From Pyrodictium abyssi (lineage in GTDB: Archaea > Thermoproteota > Thermoprotei_A > Sulfolobales > Pyrodictiaceae), in NCBI RefSeq assembly GCF_036323395.1, contig NZ_AP028907.1, positions 420,001 through 452,000 on the forward strand: a stretch of DNA of 32,000 nucleotides. The letters run 5' to 3'. The position numbers and the translations under genes were made by a program. Positions 7,952-15,837 of the stretch are shown here, piece by piece. The stretch's first letter is position 1, and each line of letters starts with the position of its first letter. The notes under the pieces are model-generated. The model saw nothing but the letters and a program-made list of their open reading frames with translations. It ran no database searches and was not told where the DNA came from.

Positions 7952-9349
7952 GTGGCCCAGCGTGGCGCCGGTAGACGGGCAGTCGGCACGCTAGTAGGCG
8001 CAGCTATAGCCGCGCTCATACTCCTAATGGTGATAGGCGTCTTCATGGTCCTATCTGGCTTCCTTAGCAACTATAGCAAGATGGTTACAAGGCTCTCCAA
8101 GGAGCGTGCACAGTCCCCAGTAATAGCGAGCGCCGTGGACGCCGTGTGGAGCGTCAGCGGCTCCGACATAACCGTACAGCTAGAGTCGCGGTACAGCCGG
8201 ACCATACTCCTCACCGGCGTCGCGATACTGTGGAGTGACTCGAGCCTAACAATAGTAGACCGGTGGAACAGCACCAGCAACGTCGACATAGTGGTCGAGA
8301 CGCCCGACGGTAACACGTACACGGTACAGGGGTTCCCCGTGGGCATAGGGCCGGGTTATAGGGTAAACGTGACGCTCACCGGCTACGCTAGCGGCCGGCA
8401 GCCAGTCACCGTGCAGCCGATAGTAAGCGGCAGCCCATCCGTGATAGCAGTGCCCGCGGCAGCGGCTAGCCGGTCCCCCGCGCTCTTCCTGCTCAACACG
8501 ACAGCCCTAGACTGCACAGTCACATGGCTAGGCGGGGCCACGGTTAACGGCGCGCCCATAACAGCGCTCATCGTGGCCCCCGGGGGCTCGGCCAGGATAG
8601 ACATCTACAACGCCAGTGGTGCAGCCGTGGAGTACCTCTACAGCATAGACGCCTACACAGTGTTCAACTGCAGCGCAGACATCGCCTACGACACAGCAAC
8701 CCAGGCACTATACCTAGTCAACACGAGCGGCGTATACCAGCGCACACTAGACCAGGCAGACCAGTGGCAGCTCCTCAACACTGACTGTGCCGCGCAGGGA
8801 CCGGGCGCACGCGCTGAGGTCCTAGCGACGGCTAACGGCAGGTACCTGCTGGTTATACGCGGAGGCGGGAGCAGCTACTGCATCATACAGCTTGACACAC
8901 CCGGAGGCCAGCGCAGAAACACCCAGCTGGGCATAACCGGGACGATGACCGCTGGCGGCCGCACGCTCGAAGCTGGCAGCTACACTGTCTCAGCGGCGTG
9001 CGGCGATACAGCCTACATACTACTCTACGACGCCGAGAACAACGAGCCCTACATAGCCTCGTTCAACGCCACCAAGGGGGCCACCGGAGCCTCAACCGGA
9101 TGGGCAATAGTAGCCCGCGCCCCCAGCCGCTACAGCACCGGGATGGCCTGCACCGGCACAGAGCTATGGATACTCTACGAGCGCGGCAGCATCTACACGG
9201 TAGACACGGAGATAGCAGCGATAAGCTATGTGCCAGTAGAGCTGCCCTTCTACCCCTGGGGGCCAGGAGACCGGCTAGAATACACGGACAACACCCTGGT
9301 ATTCGCCCGGGGCGACGGCACAGCAGAACTCTGGCTAATACCAGCCTAG
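7952..9349 (+). CDS. surface protein, shorter paralog of 5110..7908 (pilin-like N-terminus, beta-propeller-like C-terminus)
   Basis: GTG start. RRAVGTLVGAAIAALILLMVIGVFMVL parallels FRSVGSLAGMVFLAVMIFMAIGFAFVVL. The blocks GSD(I/L).(V/I)(Q/H)LE(S/T).Y...LTG(V/M)A(I/V)LW.D, PDG(N/T)TYTV and GPGY.VN(V/I)TL(T/A)GYASGR.PV are shared. C-terminal FYPWGPGDRLEYTDNTL matches YYPLNPGDRLVYIDNRL. Confidence 0.8.
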   Translation: MAQRGAGRRAVGTLVGAAIAALILLMVIGVFMVLSGFLSNYSKMVTRLSKERAQSPVIASAVDAVWSVSGSDITVQLESRYSRTILLTGVAILWSDSSLTIVDRWNSTSNVDIVVETPDGNTYTVQGFPVGIGPGYRVNVTLTGYASGRQPVTVQPIVSGSPSVIAVPAAAASRSPALFLLNTTALDCTVTWLGGATVNGAPITALIVAPGGSARIDIYNASGAAVEYLYSIDAYTVFNCSADIAYDTATQALYLVNTSGVYQRTLDQADQWQLLNTDCAAQGPGARAEVLATANGRYLLVIRGGGSSYCIIQLDTPGGQRRNTQLGITGTMTAGGRTLEAGSYTVSAACGDTAYILLYDAENNEPYIASFNATKGATGASTGWAIVARAPSRYSTGMACTGTELWILYERGSIYTVDTEIAAISYVPVELPFYPWGPGDRLEYTDNTLVFARGDGTAELWLIPA

Positions 9350-9469
9350 CAAGCCCAGCAAGACAGCCACACCGGCAAAGGGGATGAAACACCTAATAAC
9401 CCCTGGGCTGGGTCTAGAAGACTCCATGGCCGCGGCCGGCCACGTAGCAGGAAGCAGAGCTGTGCGGGT

Positions 9470-9547
9470 GCCGCGGTAGTATAGCCCGGCCAAGTATGCG
9501 GGCCTTTCAAGCCCGTGACCCGGGTTCAAATCCCGGCCGCGGCACCA
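9470..9547 (+). tRNA. tRNA-Glu(UUC): tRNA-Glu, anticodon TTC, with encoded CCA
   Basis: Hand-folded cloverleaf. Acceptor GCCGCGG/CCGCGGC. D stem GTAT/GTAT (two G-U pairs). Anticodon stem CGGGC/GCCCG with loop CTTTCAA. 4-nt variable loop. T arm CCGGG-TTCAAAT-CCCGG. Discriminator A, then CCA. Confidence 0.9.
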
Positions 9548-9673
9548 AACCATTGCACCAAACCATTCTTTACTGTCTATACGGCTCCTTGCCAGCCAGC
9601 TATGAGGTGTGGCCACATATTACACATAAAGCCTTGGAGTCAATGGTGTAAGTCTATGCGGTGTCCTTGAGCC

Positions 9674-10153
9674 TTACTGTCTTGTGTCTAGAAGCCTGAG
9701 TCTCTGTAGTGTTTGGCGTAGGGTTTCTCCTGGCAGGGGCTGGGCTATCCTGACGCCTTTGGCGTTTAGGGCCTCTAAGGCGTGGCGGCCTAGCTTGCCA
9801 GCGACGACGATGTCTACGTTGTTGTCTATTACCCAGCGGGCTATCGCGACCCCGACGCCGCCCCGCATCTCGGCGAGAGGGTTGGGTACTGTTTCGAGGC
9901 CTGTGATGCGGCCGCCGGCTATGTCTACTAGTGCGAGGTAGGGTGCGTGTGTGAGGCCCCATGATACTCTGCTGTCGAGGCCTAGGGGCTCCTCTAGGCC
10001 TGCGCATACGCGTACCGTGTTGCCTAGCTTGGGCTTTCTTGGTAGTGTCTTGGCGGCCTCTATTGCCCTGAGTATTACCTCTGGGTTGCGACCGTGGCCT
10101 TTGCCGTGGCCGTGTATATGGTGCGCGTGATGGGGCTCTGTCATCCTGTGCAC
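9674..10153 (-). CDS. NifB/NifX-family (dinitrogenase FeMo-cofactor-binding-like domain) protein with His-rich N-terminus
   Basis: SRVSWGLTHAPYLALVDIAGGRITGLETVPNP...GGVGVAIARWVIDNNVDIVVAGKLGRHALEALNAKGVRI follows the Nitro_FeMo-Co domain pattern (HFG.a..f.i.d......ve...n.....gG.G...a..l...gvd.vi.g..G..a...L...Gi.v). The N-terminus is MHRMTEPHHAHHIHGHGKGHG. Confidence 0.75.
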   Translation of the reverse strand: MHRMTEPHHAHHIHGHGKGHGRNPEVILRAIEAAKTLPRKPKLGNTVRVCAGLEEPLGLDSRVSWGLTHAPYLALVDIAGGRITGLETVPNPLAEMRGGVGVAIARWVIDNNVDIVVAGKLGRHALEALNAKGVRIAQPLPGETLRQTLQRLRLLDTRQ

Positions 10154-10439
10154 CCGTATGCTGGTGGCGTGTAGCCGGGTGTTGGAGGCTCGGTAAAATA
10201 GCTCCTAGCCGTCTGCGCTGCTGCGGCGCTGGCCTGGCTTGGCTTTATGCGTGCTGCATCTGTTTCGTGTCTACTGTGCTGCGGCGTCTACATTGTCTCC
10301 TTGCGGTGTACCCCTAGTACTGGTCTGGTACTGGTGTCGCGGCCCCTGGTGTTGGCTGCTGTTTTTCGTTAGATGTATGTCTAACCATGAGTCTTTAATC
10401 CTCATAACATGGCATTATCTTATCTGGGTGAACAGCTTT

Positions 10440-12332
10440 ATGAAAGTATGGGAGGTAGCTAGGAAGCCGCGTGTCGTGGTTACACCGGACGCGCCGGCGA
10501 CTGTTGTCCGCGCGCTGCTGCGGGATAACGAGGAGCCCATAGCGGTGGTGGTGGACAGCGAGAAGAACATGAAGCTGCAGGGCTACGTCACCTGGAGGGA
10601 GGTCATACAGATAACTAGCCACTACTCAAACCTGCGCGCTAAGGACATTGCCCTGGACTGGCCAGTAGCATACAAGGAGGATGACGTAGAGGAAGTAGTC
10701 AAGAGGATGGAGGAGGAGAAGGTCTACGCAGTGCCGGTCCTCGACTCCAAGGACAACCCAGTAGTCGTAGGTGTAGTCAGCATCGCGGACATAGTTAAGG
10801 CGCTGATGGCCGCCGGCTACGAGCCCATCGCGGAGACCGTAGCGGAGGTCATGACCACTGAGGGTCTCGAGGAGTACATAACCACACAGGAGGAGAGAGT
10901 CAACAGGGTATGGAGCGACCTAGTATACCACGGCAAGCTTGGCAAAGTGGTGGTGAGGAGCAAGGAGGAACCGATACCCGTCGGCATAGTGTCCCTACGC
11001 GAGTTCGTGGAGACGGGTCGCTGGTTCTTCCACCGTGAGAGCGAGCGCGGGCTCAAGACGGTGGCAAAGGTACGCACCATAATGCTCCGCGGTGCGCCAG
11101 CCGCTACACCGGAGACGCCGATACAGTACGCTGCCAAGATCATGGCTGAGAATGACTTCCCAGTACTCCCTGTCATAGACGAGGAGACCGGCAAGCTCGT
11201 CGGCGTGCTAACGATATACGATGTAGCGAGAGCCTACCTAGAGGGCGCTAAGCCGGGCCGCGTCAAGCCAACCAAGAAGGCAGCACTGCCGATAGAGGTG
11301 AAGCCGGAGGAGCGCGTCACCTACGCTACAGCCGAGACTGTGCTCCAGCAAGTGCTGGTAGCCAAGCCCCAGGTAGAGACACTCATAGGGCTTAGCGCCG
11401 CCGACATCGCCCGGCCCGAGCTCCCGGCAGTCACAGTGAACGACACCGTTGAGCACGCCCGCCGCATGATGCTACGCTACCACACCAACTACCTCCTAGT
11501 GGTGGACGAGAAGGGAGAGATAGTAGGCGTGGTCAGCAAGTGGAGCATGCTCCGCGCTATAGGCCTCAAGGGCCCGATCTGGAAGAGGAGGGTGCACGAC
11601 CGCTACTTCATAGACTACGTGATGGACACAGAGATACCCAGAGTCAAGGCCGACGACAGTATCGAGCAGGTAGCGCTCCGCATGGTGGAGGCCAAGGCCG
11701 AGGTAGCGATAGTAGTGGACGACAAAGGCCGCCCAATCGGCTTCATAACGAAGGACGACCTAGTGGATGCCTATGCTAGGCTACAGGCAGGCCGCGCCAA
11801 GGTAGAGAACGTTATGACGCCCGGCAGGATAGGCATTGTGCACCCGCACCACAGCCTCTACCACGCTGTGAAGAAGATGCAGACATTCTACCTAGACGCT
11901 CTCACGGTCTACGACGGCTCAAGGATAATAGGCGTGGTCTCTGCGAACAGGCTACCCTTCGTAGCCTACGAGGACGCCGTTACTGGTGTCAAGAGCCGCC
12001 GCCTGGTATGGGTCCGTAAGCTCGTACGCGGTGCAGCTAAGAAGGGACGCTACGTGAAGGTGACGCCACTGCTAGTGATGGACGCTACTGTGCCGCTACG
12101 CGACGTATACGTGAAGACCACCGACGACGTGGTAAAGGCTATAGAGCTGATGCGCGAGCACAACGTGGACGGCGTGCCAGTCGTCGACGAGGAGGGCCGT
12201 GTAGCCGGCGTAGTCACGAAGACCGACATAGTGAGAGAGCTAGCGAGAACAGCAAGGCTGCGCATAGAGCGCGGCGAGACCGTAAAGGTGGAGAAGAAGG
12301 AGAAGCCCGAAGCAAAACCCAAGGCCCAGTAA
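10440..12332 (+). CDS. multi-CBS-domain protein (about eight CBS repeats) with Lys/Glu-rich tail
   Basis: ATG at 10440 (MKVWEVARKP) lies downstream of an AT-rich stretch. The 67 residues upstream in the ORF track are Cys/Trp-rich and unlikely to be coding. Repeated CBS signatures (..vtv.pd.tv.ea...m.e....alpVvD..gk.vGivt..Dl) recur throughout. The tail is VKVEKKEKPEAKPKAQ. Confidence 0.85.
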   Translation: MKVWEVARKPRVVVTPDAPATVVRALLRDNEEPIAVVVDSEKNMKLQGYVTWREVIQITSHYSNLRAKDIALDWPVAYKEDDVEEVVKRMEEEKVYAVPVLDSKDNPVVVGVVSIADIVKALMAAGYEPIAETVAEVMTTEGLEEYITTQEERVNRVWSDLVYHGKLGKVVVRSKEEPIPVGIVSLREFVETGRWFFHRESERGLKTVAKVRTIMLRGAPAATPETPIQYAAKIMAENDFPVLPVIDEETGKLVGVLTIYDVARAYLEGAKPGRVKPTKKAALPIEVKPEERVTYATAETVLQQVLVAKPQVETLIGLSAADIARPELPAVTVNDTVEHARRMMLRYHTNYLLVVDEKGEIVGVVSKWSMLRAIGLKGPIWKRRVHDRYFIDYVMDTEIPRVKADDSIEQVALRMVEAKAEVAIVVDDKGRPIGFITKDDLVDAYARLQAGRAKVENVMTPGRIGIVHPHHSLYHAVKKMQTFYLDALTVYDGSRIIGVVSANRLPFVAYEDAVTGVKSRRLVWVRKLVRGAAKKGRYVKVTPLLVMDATVPLRDVYVKTTDDVVKAIELMREHNVDGVPVVDEEGRVAGVVTKTDIVRELARTARLRIERGETVKVEKKEKPEAKPKAQ

Positions 12333-12570
12333 AACGCCCGCTCTACCCCGGTTTCTTCACTCCCTCCCTCGTAGACACTGGCTCCTAGGAGAGGCTCCTC
12401 GGCCCTCGGCGCTCCTGCCTCGCCTCTGTGCTGGTCGGGGGTGAGCGGAACCACCGACACTGAAGCCCCCGTGGGCCCACGGGGGCGTGTTGACGCCCAG
12501 CGATGGCGACCCCCTGCCGTCATCCCCGCGGGGATTGGGGCGCAGAAGGGCCTAGGAGGTGGCAACGGCT

Positions 12571-13320
12571 ATGACTGCACGGTACGCTGTACTGCTGGCT
12601 GCAGGCCTCGGGACGAGGCTGGGCGGCCCTAAGCCGCTAGTCCGGCTACATGGCCGGCCCCTCGCATGGTACCCTCTGAGCGTGCTACACCTGGTGGGCG
12701 CTTCTGAGGCATGCATAGTGACGCGCAGCGAGCTCGCCAGCGAGCTCCGCGGGTTGGCTGAGAGCATCTACGGCTCTGGTTCAGTGCACGTCGTTGTCAA
12801 CAGCGAGCCCTGGAGGGAGAACGGCTACAGCCTCGTGCTTGCGTCCCGGCTCTGCCCATGCCCCGGGGACGAGCCCGTATACGTGTCCATGAGCGACCAC
12901 GTGTACTCGCCGCTAGTCCCGGCCAGGCTGGAGGCCCCGCGGTGGGCTCTCTACAGTATTGCTGGCGACCGTGAGCCCGTCTATGTTGACGCGGACGAGG
13001 CCACAAAGATACTCGCGGTGGGTGGTATAGGCTACGCTGTGGGTAAGGGGCTCAGGCTCTGGAGCCACGTAGACATGGGGGTCCACGCGGCGCGGCTCGG
13101 CGCTATACGGGAGACAGCCGAGCTGGTCATGGCGGGGAGCCAGGGCGTGCTGGGGCTCAATATGCTGACTGACACGATTGCCCGCCTGGGCGGGCTACAC
13201 GTCTCCGAGGCCTCGGGGCTCCCCTGGACCGAGATAGACACGCCCATGGACCTCGAGGAGGCGGAGAAGGGTCCGAGGAGGAGGGTGGTAGAGCATGTCC
13301 TCTCGTGGTTCCGCAGCTAG
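12571..13320 (+). CDS. nucleotidyltransferase, probable CTP:L-myo-inositol-1-phosphate cytidylyltransferase (IPCT)
   Basis: ATG at 12571 is preceded by GGAGGTG. The N-terminus YAVLLAAGLGTRLGGPKPL is the NTP-transferase G-rich loop. It overlaps the start of a CDP-alcohol phosphatidyltransferase gene, the IPCT/DIPPS arrangement. The ORF-track start is 12559. Confidence 0.7.
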   Translation: MTARYAVLLAAGLGTRLGGPKPLVRLHGRPLAWYPLSVLHLVGASEACIVTRSELASELRGLAESIYGSGSVHVVVNSEPWRENGYSLVLASRLCPCPGDEPVYVSMSDHVYSPLVPARLEAPRWALYSIAGDREPVYVDADEATKILAVGGIGYAVGKGLRLWSHVDMGVHAARLGAIRETAELVMAGSQGVLGLNMLTDTIARLGGLHVSEASGLPWTEIDTPMDLEEAEKGPRRRVVEHVLSWFRS

Positions 13321-13969
13321 GCTAACCAAGAGCACGGACGGGGTAATATCGAGGCTCATTAACCGCAGGATATCGACGAGGATAACCCGTGTGCTCGCCG
13401 GGCTGCCGAGGCCCCCAAGCCCCGACGCAGTAACCGTCGTAGCCTCCGCCCTGGTGGCTGGCGGTGGCCTAGCATTCGCCACGGGGCACCCCGCGGCCGG
13501 GGGCCTGCTAGCGCAGCTAGGCTCGATAATAGACGGTGTCGACGGTGAGCTTGCGCGAGCGCTCGGCCGGCAGAGCCGGGCCGGCGCGCTCCTAGACACA
13601 GTGCTCGACCGGCTAGCGGACATAGCGCTGCTCTTCGGCATGTCGCTGGCAGCCATGGCTGCTGGGCACCGCCCCTTGCTCGCGGCGGCAGTAGCGCTGC
13701 TAGCCGCCACTGGGGACCTCATGGTATCCTACATACACGCTGTGGGCGAGAAGCTGGCCCAGCGCCACCCCGTGCTGGTGGGCCGCATACCCGGCGTAGC
13801 GAGCCGCGACGTGAGGCTCTTCATAGCGTTCCTAGCGGGCCTCACGGGCCGCCCCCTCGAGGGCCTAGCGGCGATAGCCCTGCTCGGCCACGGCTACACA
13901 GTAGCCAAGACCGTGGAGCTCCTGGGCTACATCGAGGAGCAGGAGAGCCGGCAGAGCAAAGCCCACTAG
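13295..13969 (+). CDS. CDP-alcohol phosphatidyltransferase, probable di-myo-inositol-1,3'-phosphate-1'-phosphate synthase (DIPPS)
   Basis: Signature D(x)2DG(x)2AR(x)8G(x)3D(x)3D is present as DGVDGELARALGRQSRAGALLDTVLDRLAD. Multiple hydrophobic spans. 26-nt overlap with the preceding cytidylyltransferase gene. Confidence 0.8.
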   Translation: MSSRGSAARLTKSTDGVISRLINRRISTRITRVLAGLPRPPSPDAVTVVASALVAGGGLAFATGHPAAGGLLAQLGSIIDGVDGELARALGRQSRAGALLDTVLDRLADIALLFGMSLAAMAAGHRPLLAAAVALLAATGDLMVSYIHAVGEKLAQRHPVLVGRIPGVASRDVRLFIAFLAGLTGRPLEGLAAIALLGHGYTVAKTVELLGYIEEQESRQSKAH

Positions 13970-14062
13970 AGAACGGGGTCCCGCTGGCAGGGCCCCTTCT
14001 AGGGGCTCCAGTCTTTTCCCCCCTCGCTGCTGTGGCCCCGGCTCCACGGGTGCACCCGGGCC

Positions 14063-14650
14063 GTGGCCGAGCCTGTGACTGTGCTAGCCATCTCCACGGC
14101 TGTAGGCGCCCTAGTAGGGTACGTGACCAACGTGGTGGCTGTCCGCCTCCTCTTCCACCCATACCGCCCGGTAAGGATACCGCTACTCGGCTGGGAGGTA
14201 CAGGGCCTCCTCCCCTCCAAGAGGGACGAGCTGGCCAGGAGGCTCGGAGAGCTAGCAGAAGAGTACATCAAGACACCGAGGATGCAGCAGGAGCTACAGA
14301 ACAGCATGGAGAAGGTGATACGGGAGGCGCTCGAGCAGAGCCTTCACCGGCTCCTAGCCCGCAACCCGCTAGTCTACGCCGCCGTGCTGCAGTACATACC
14401 CCGTATAGCCGACGCCGTAGCGACACAGGTAGCAGCGCCCCTACTCGAGGCTATACTCCCCGCGGCTACCCGCAGGATAGACGTGGCCAGCATAGTCGCT
14501 GAGAGGATACGCGGGCTCGAGCCCCAGGAGATAGAGGCGCTGTTCCGCAGGATAGCGGGCAAGGAGCTACGCTTCATAGAGCTGGCCGGCCTCGGCCTTG
14601 GCGCGGTGATAGGGTTCCTAGAGGGCTTACTGCTCCTAGCCCTCTCGTAG
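14063..14650 (+). CDS. DUF445-family membrane protein
   Basis: GTG start. N-terminal GALVGYVTNVVAVRLLFHPYRP and C-terminal GKELRFIELAGLGLGAVIGFLEG match the conserved ends of DUF445 (YheB-like) proteins. Confidence 0.7.
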   Translation: MAEPVTVLAISTAVGALVGYVTNVVAVRLLFHPYRPVRIPLLGWEVQGLLPSKRDELARRLGELAEEYIKTPRMQQELQNSMEKVIREALEQSLHRLLARNPLVYAAVLQYIPRIADAVATQVAAPLLEAILPAATRRIDVASIVAERIRGLEPQEIEALFRRIAGKELRFIELAGLGLGAVIGFLEGLLLLALS

Positions 14651-14671
14651 CCGCCAGGGCCTCGGCGCGGC

Positions 14672-14679
14672 TTTATCTA
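14672..14679 (+). promoter_or_regulatory. TATA-like box upstream of purP
   Basis: TTTATCTA sits about 40 nt upstream of the TTG at 14719. An inverted repeat CCCGTG-cc-CACGGG (14692-14705) lies between the box and the start. Confidence 0.4.
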
Positions 14680-14694
14680 TCCCCGCGCGCCCCC

Positions 14695-15837
14695 GTGCCC
14701 ACGGGTGTGGGCGCTCCCTTGCCCATCAGCCACAGCGAGGTGCGCGAGATCCTCCAGCGCTACGACCCGGCCCGTATAACCATAGGCGTCCTGGCGAGCC
14801 ACTCGGCGCTAGACGTGCTCCGTGGCGCGAAGAAGCTGGGGTTCCGCACGCTGGCGGTAGCGCGGCGGGGCCGCGACCTAGCCTACCGCATGTTCCCCGT
14901 AGTCGACGAGCTCATGGTGCTCGACGATTACCGCGACCTCCTCCGGGACGAGGTCCAGGAGGAGCTCCGGCGCCGCAACGTGGTCTTCGTGCCTAACAGG
15001 AGCTTCGCCGTCTACGTGGGCTACGACGGCATAGAGAACGAGTTCCTAGTACCGGTGTTCGGCAACAGGTTTCTGCTGCGCTGGGAGGAGCGTGTCGGCG
15101 AGAAGAACTACTACCGGCTCCTAGACGAGGCCGGGATTCCCCGGCCGAGGGTATACGAGAGGCTCGAGGACGCAGAGGGCCCGGTCATGGTCAAGCTTCC
15201 GGAGGCGCGGCGCCGTGTAGAGCGCGCATTCTTCATAGCCCGTGACGGCCGCGCTGCCGCGGAGAAGATAAGGGAGCTCATGGAGAAGGGTATAATTGAC
15301 GAGGAGAGTCTAAAAGCCATGAGCGTTGAGGAGTATGTTGACGGCGCCCACTTCAACCTAAACTTCTTCCAGAGCCCGATCTACGGTAGACTCGAGCTGC
15401 ACAGCATCGACCGGAGGCTACAGACCAATATAGACGACCTCAACAGGCTCCCCGCGTGGGTGCAAGCGGGCCTTGAGGGCGCAGTAGAGCCGCGCATGAT
15501 AGAGATAGGCCACATACCCGTCACGATAAGGGAGAGCATGCTCCACAAGGTGTTCGAGCTCGGCCTACGCTTCGTAGAAGCAGCCGCCAAGCTGGAGCCC
15601 CCCGGCGTAATAGGCCCCTTCACCCTGCAGGCTGTGGCTACACCGGGGCTAGGCCTCGTGGTCTACGATATAGCGCCCCGGATAGGCGGCGGCACCAACG
15701 CCGTAATGGCGTGGGGCGGGCAGTACAGTGGCCTCTACTTCCCGGAGCCGCTCAGCCTAGGCGAGAGGATAGCCCGCGAGCTGCACGAGGCCCTAAGGAG
15801 GGATGGGCTCGAAGGGCTCGCCGGGCTTGTTACCTAG
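14695..15837 (+). CDS. purP: 5-formaminoimidazole-4-carboxamide ribonucleotide (FAICAR) synthetase
   Basis: ILQRYDPARITIGVLASHSALDVLRGAKKLGFRT is the PurP N-terminal signature (..tlgSHSAL.il.GAk.eGf.t), and an ATP-grasp-like body follows. The true start is probably the in-frame GTG at 14707 or the TTG at 14719 (MPISHSEV...), given the TATA-like box at 14672. Confidence 0.85.
   Translation: MPTGVGAPLPISHSEVREILQRYDPARITIGVLASHSALDVLRGAKKLGFRTLAVARRGRDLAYRMFPVVDELMVLDDYRDLLRDEVQEELRRRNVVFVPNRSFAVYVGYDGIENEFLVPVFGNRFLLRWEERVGEKNYYRLLDEAGIPRPRVYERLEDAEGPVMVKLPEARRRVERAFFIARDGRAAAEKIRELMEKGIIDEESLKAMSVEEYVDGAHFNLNFFQSPIYGRLELHSIDRRLQTNIDDLNRLPAWVQAGLEGAVEPRMIEIGHIPVTIRESMLHKVFELGLRFVEAAAKLEPPGVIGPFTLQAVATPGLGLVVYDIAPRIGGGTNAVMAWGGQYSGLYFPEPLSLGERIARELHEALRRDGLEGLAGLVT

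Noticed and set aside
3017-9547. The whole tRNA-Gly to tRNA-Glu interval as an integrated mobile element or genomic island
   Set aside because: There is no integrase, transposase or viral/plasmid gene, and no partial tRNA duplication. The 22-nt identity between the two tRNAs is just their shared T-arm. Only the accessory character of the pilin-like cluster is retained as a finding.
9335-9616. 93-codon minus-strand ORF
   Set aside because: It completely overlaps tRNA-Glu on the opposite strand, and its composition does not look coding.
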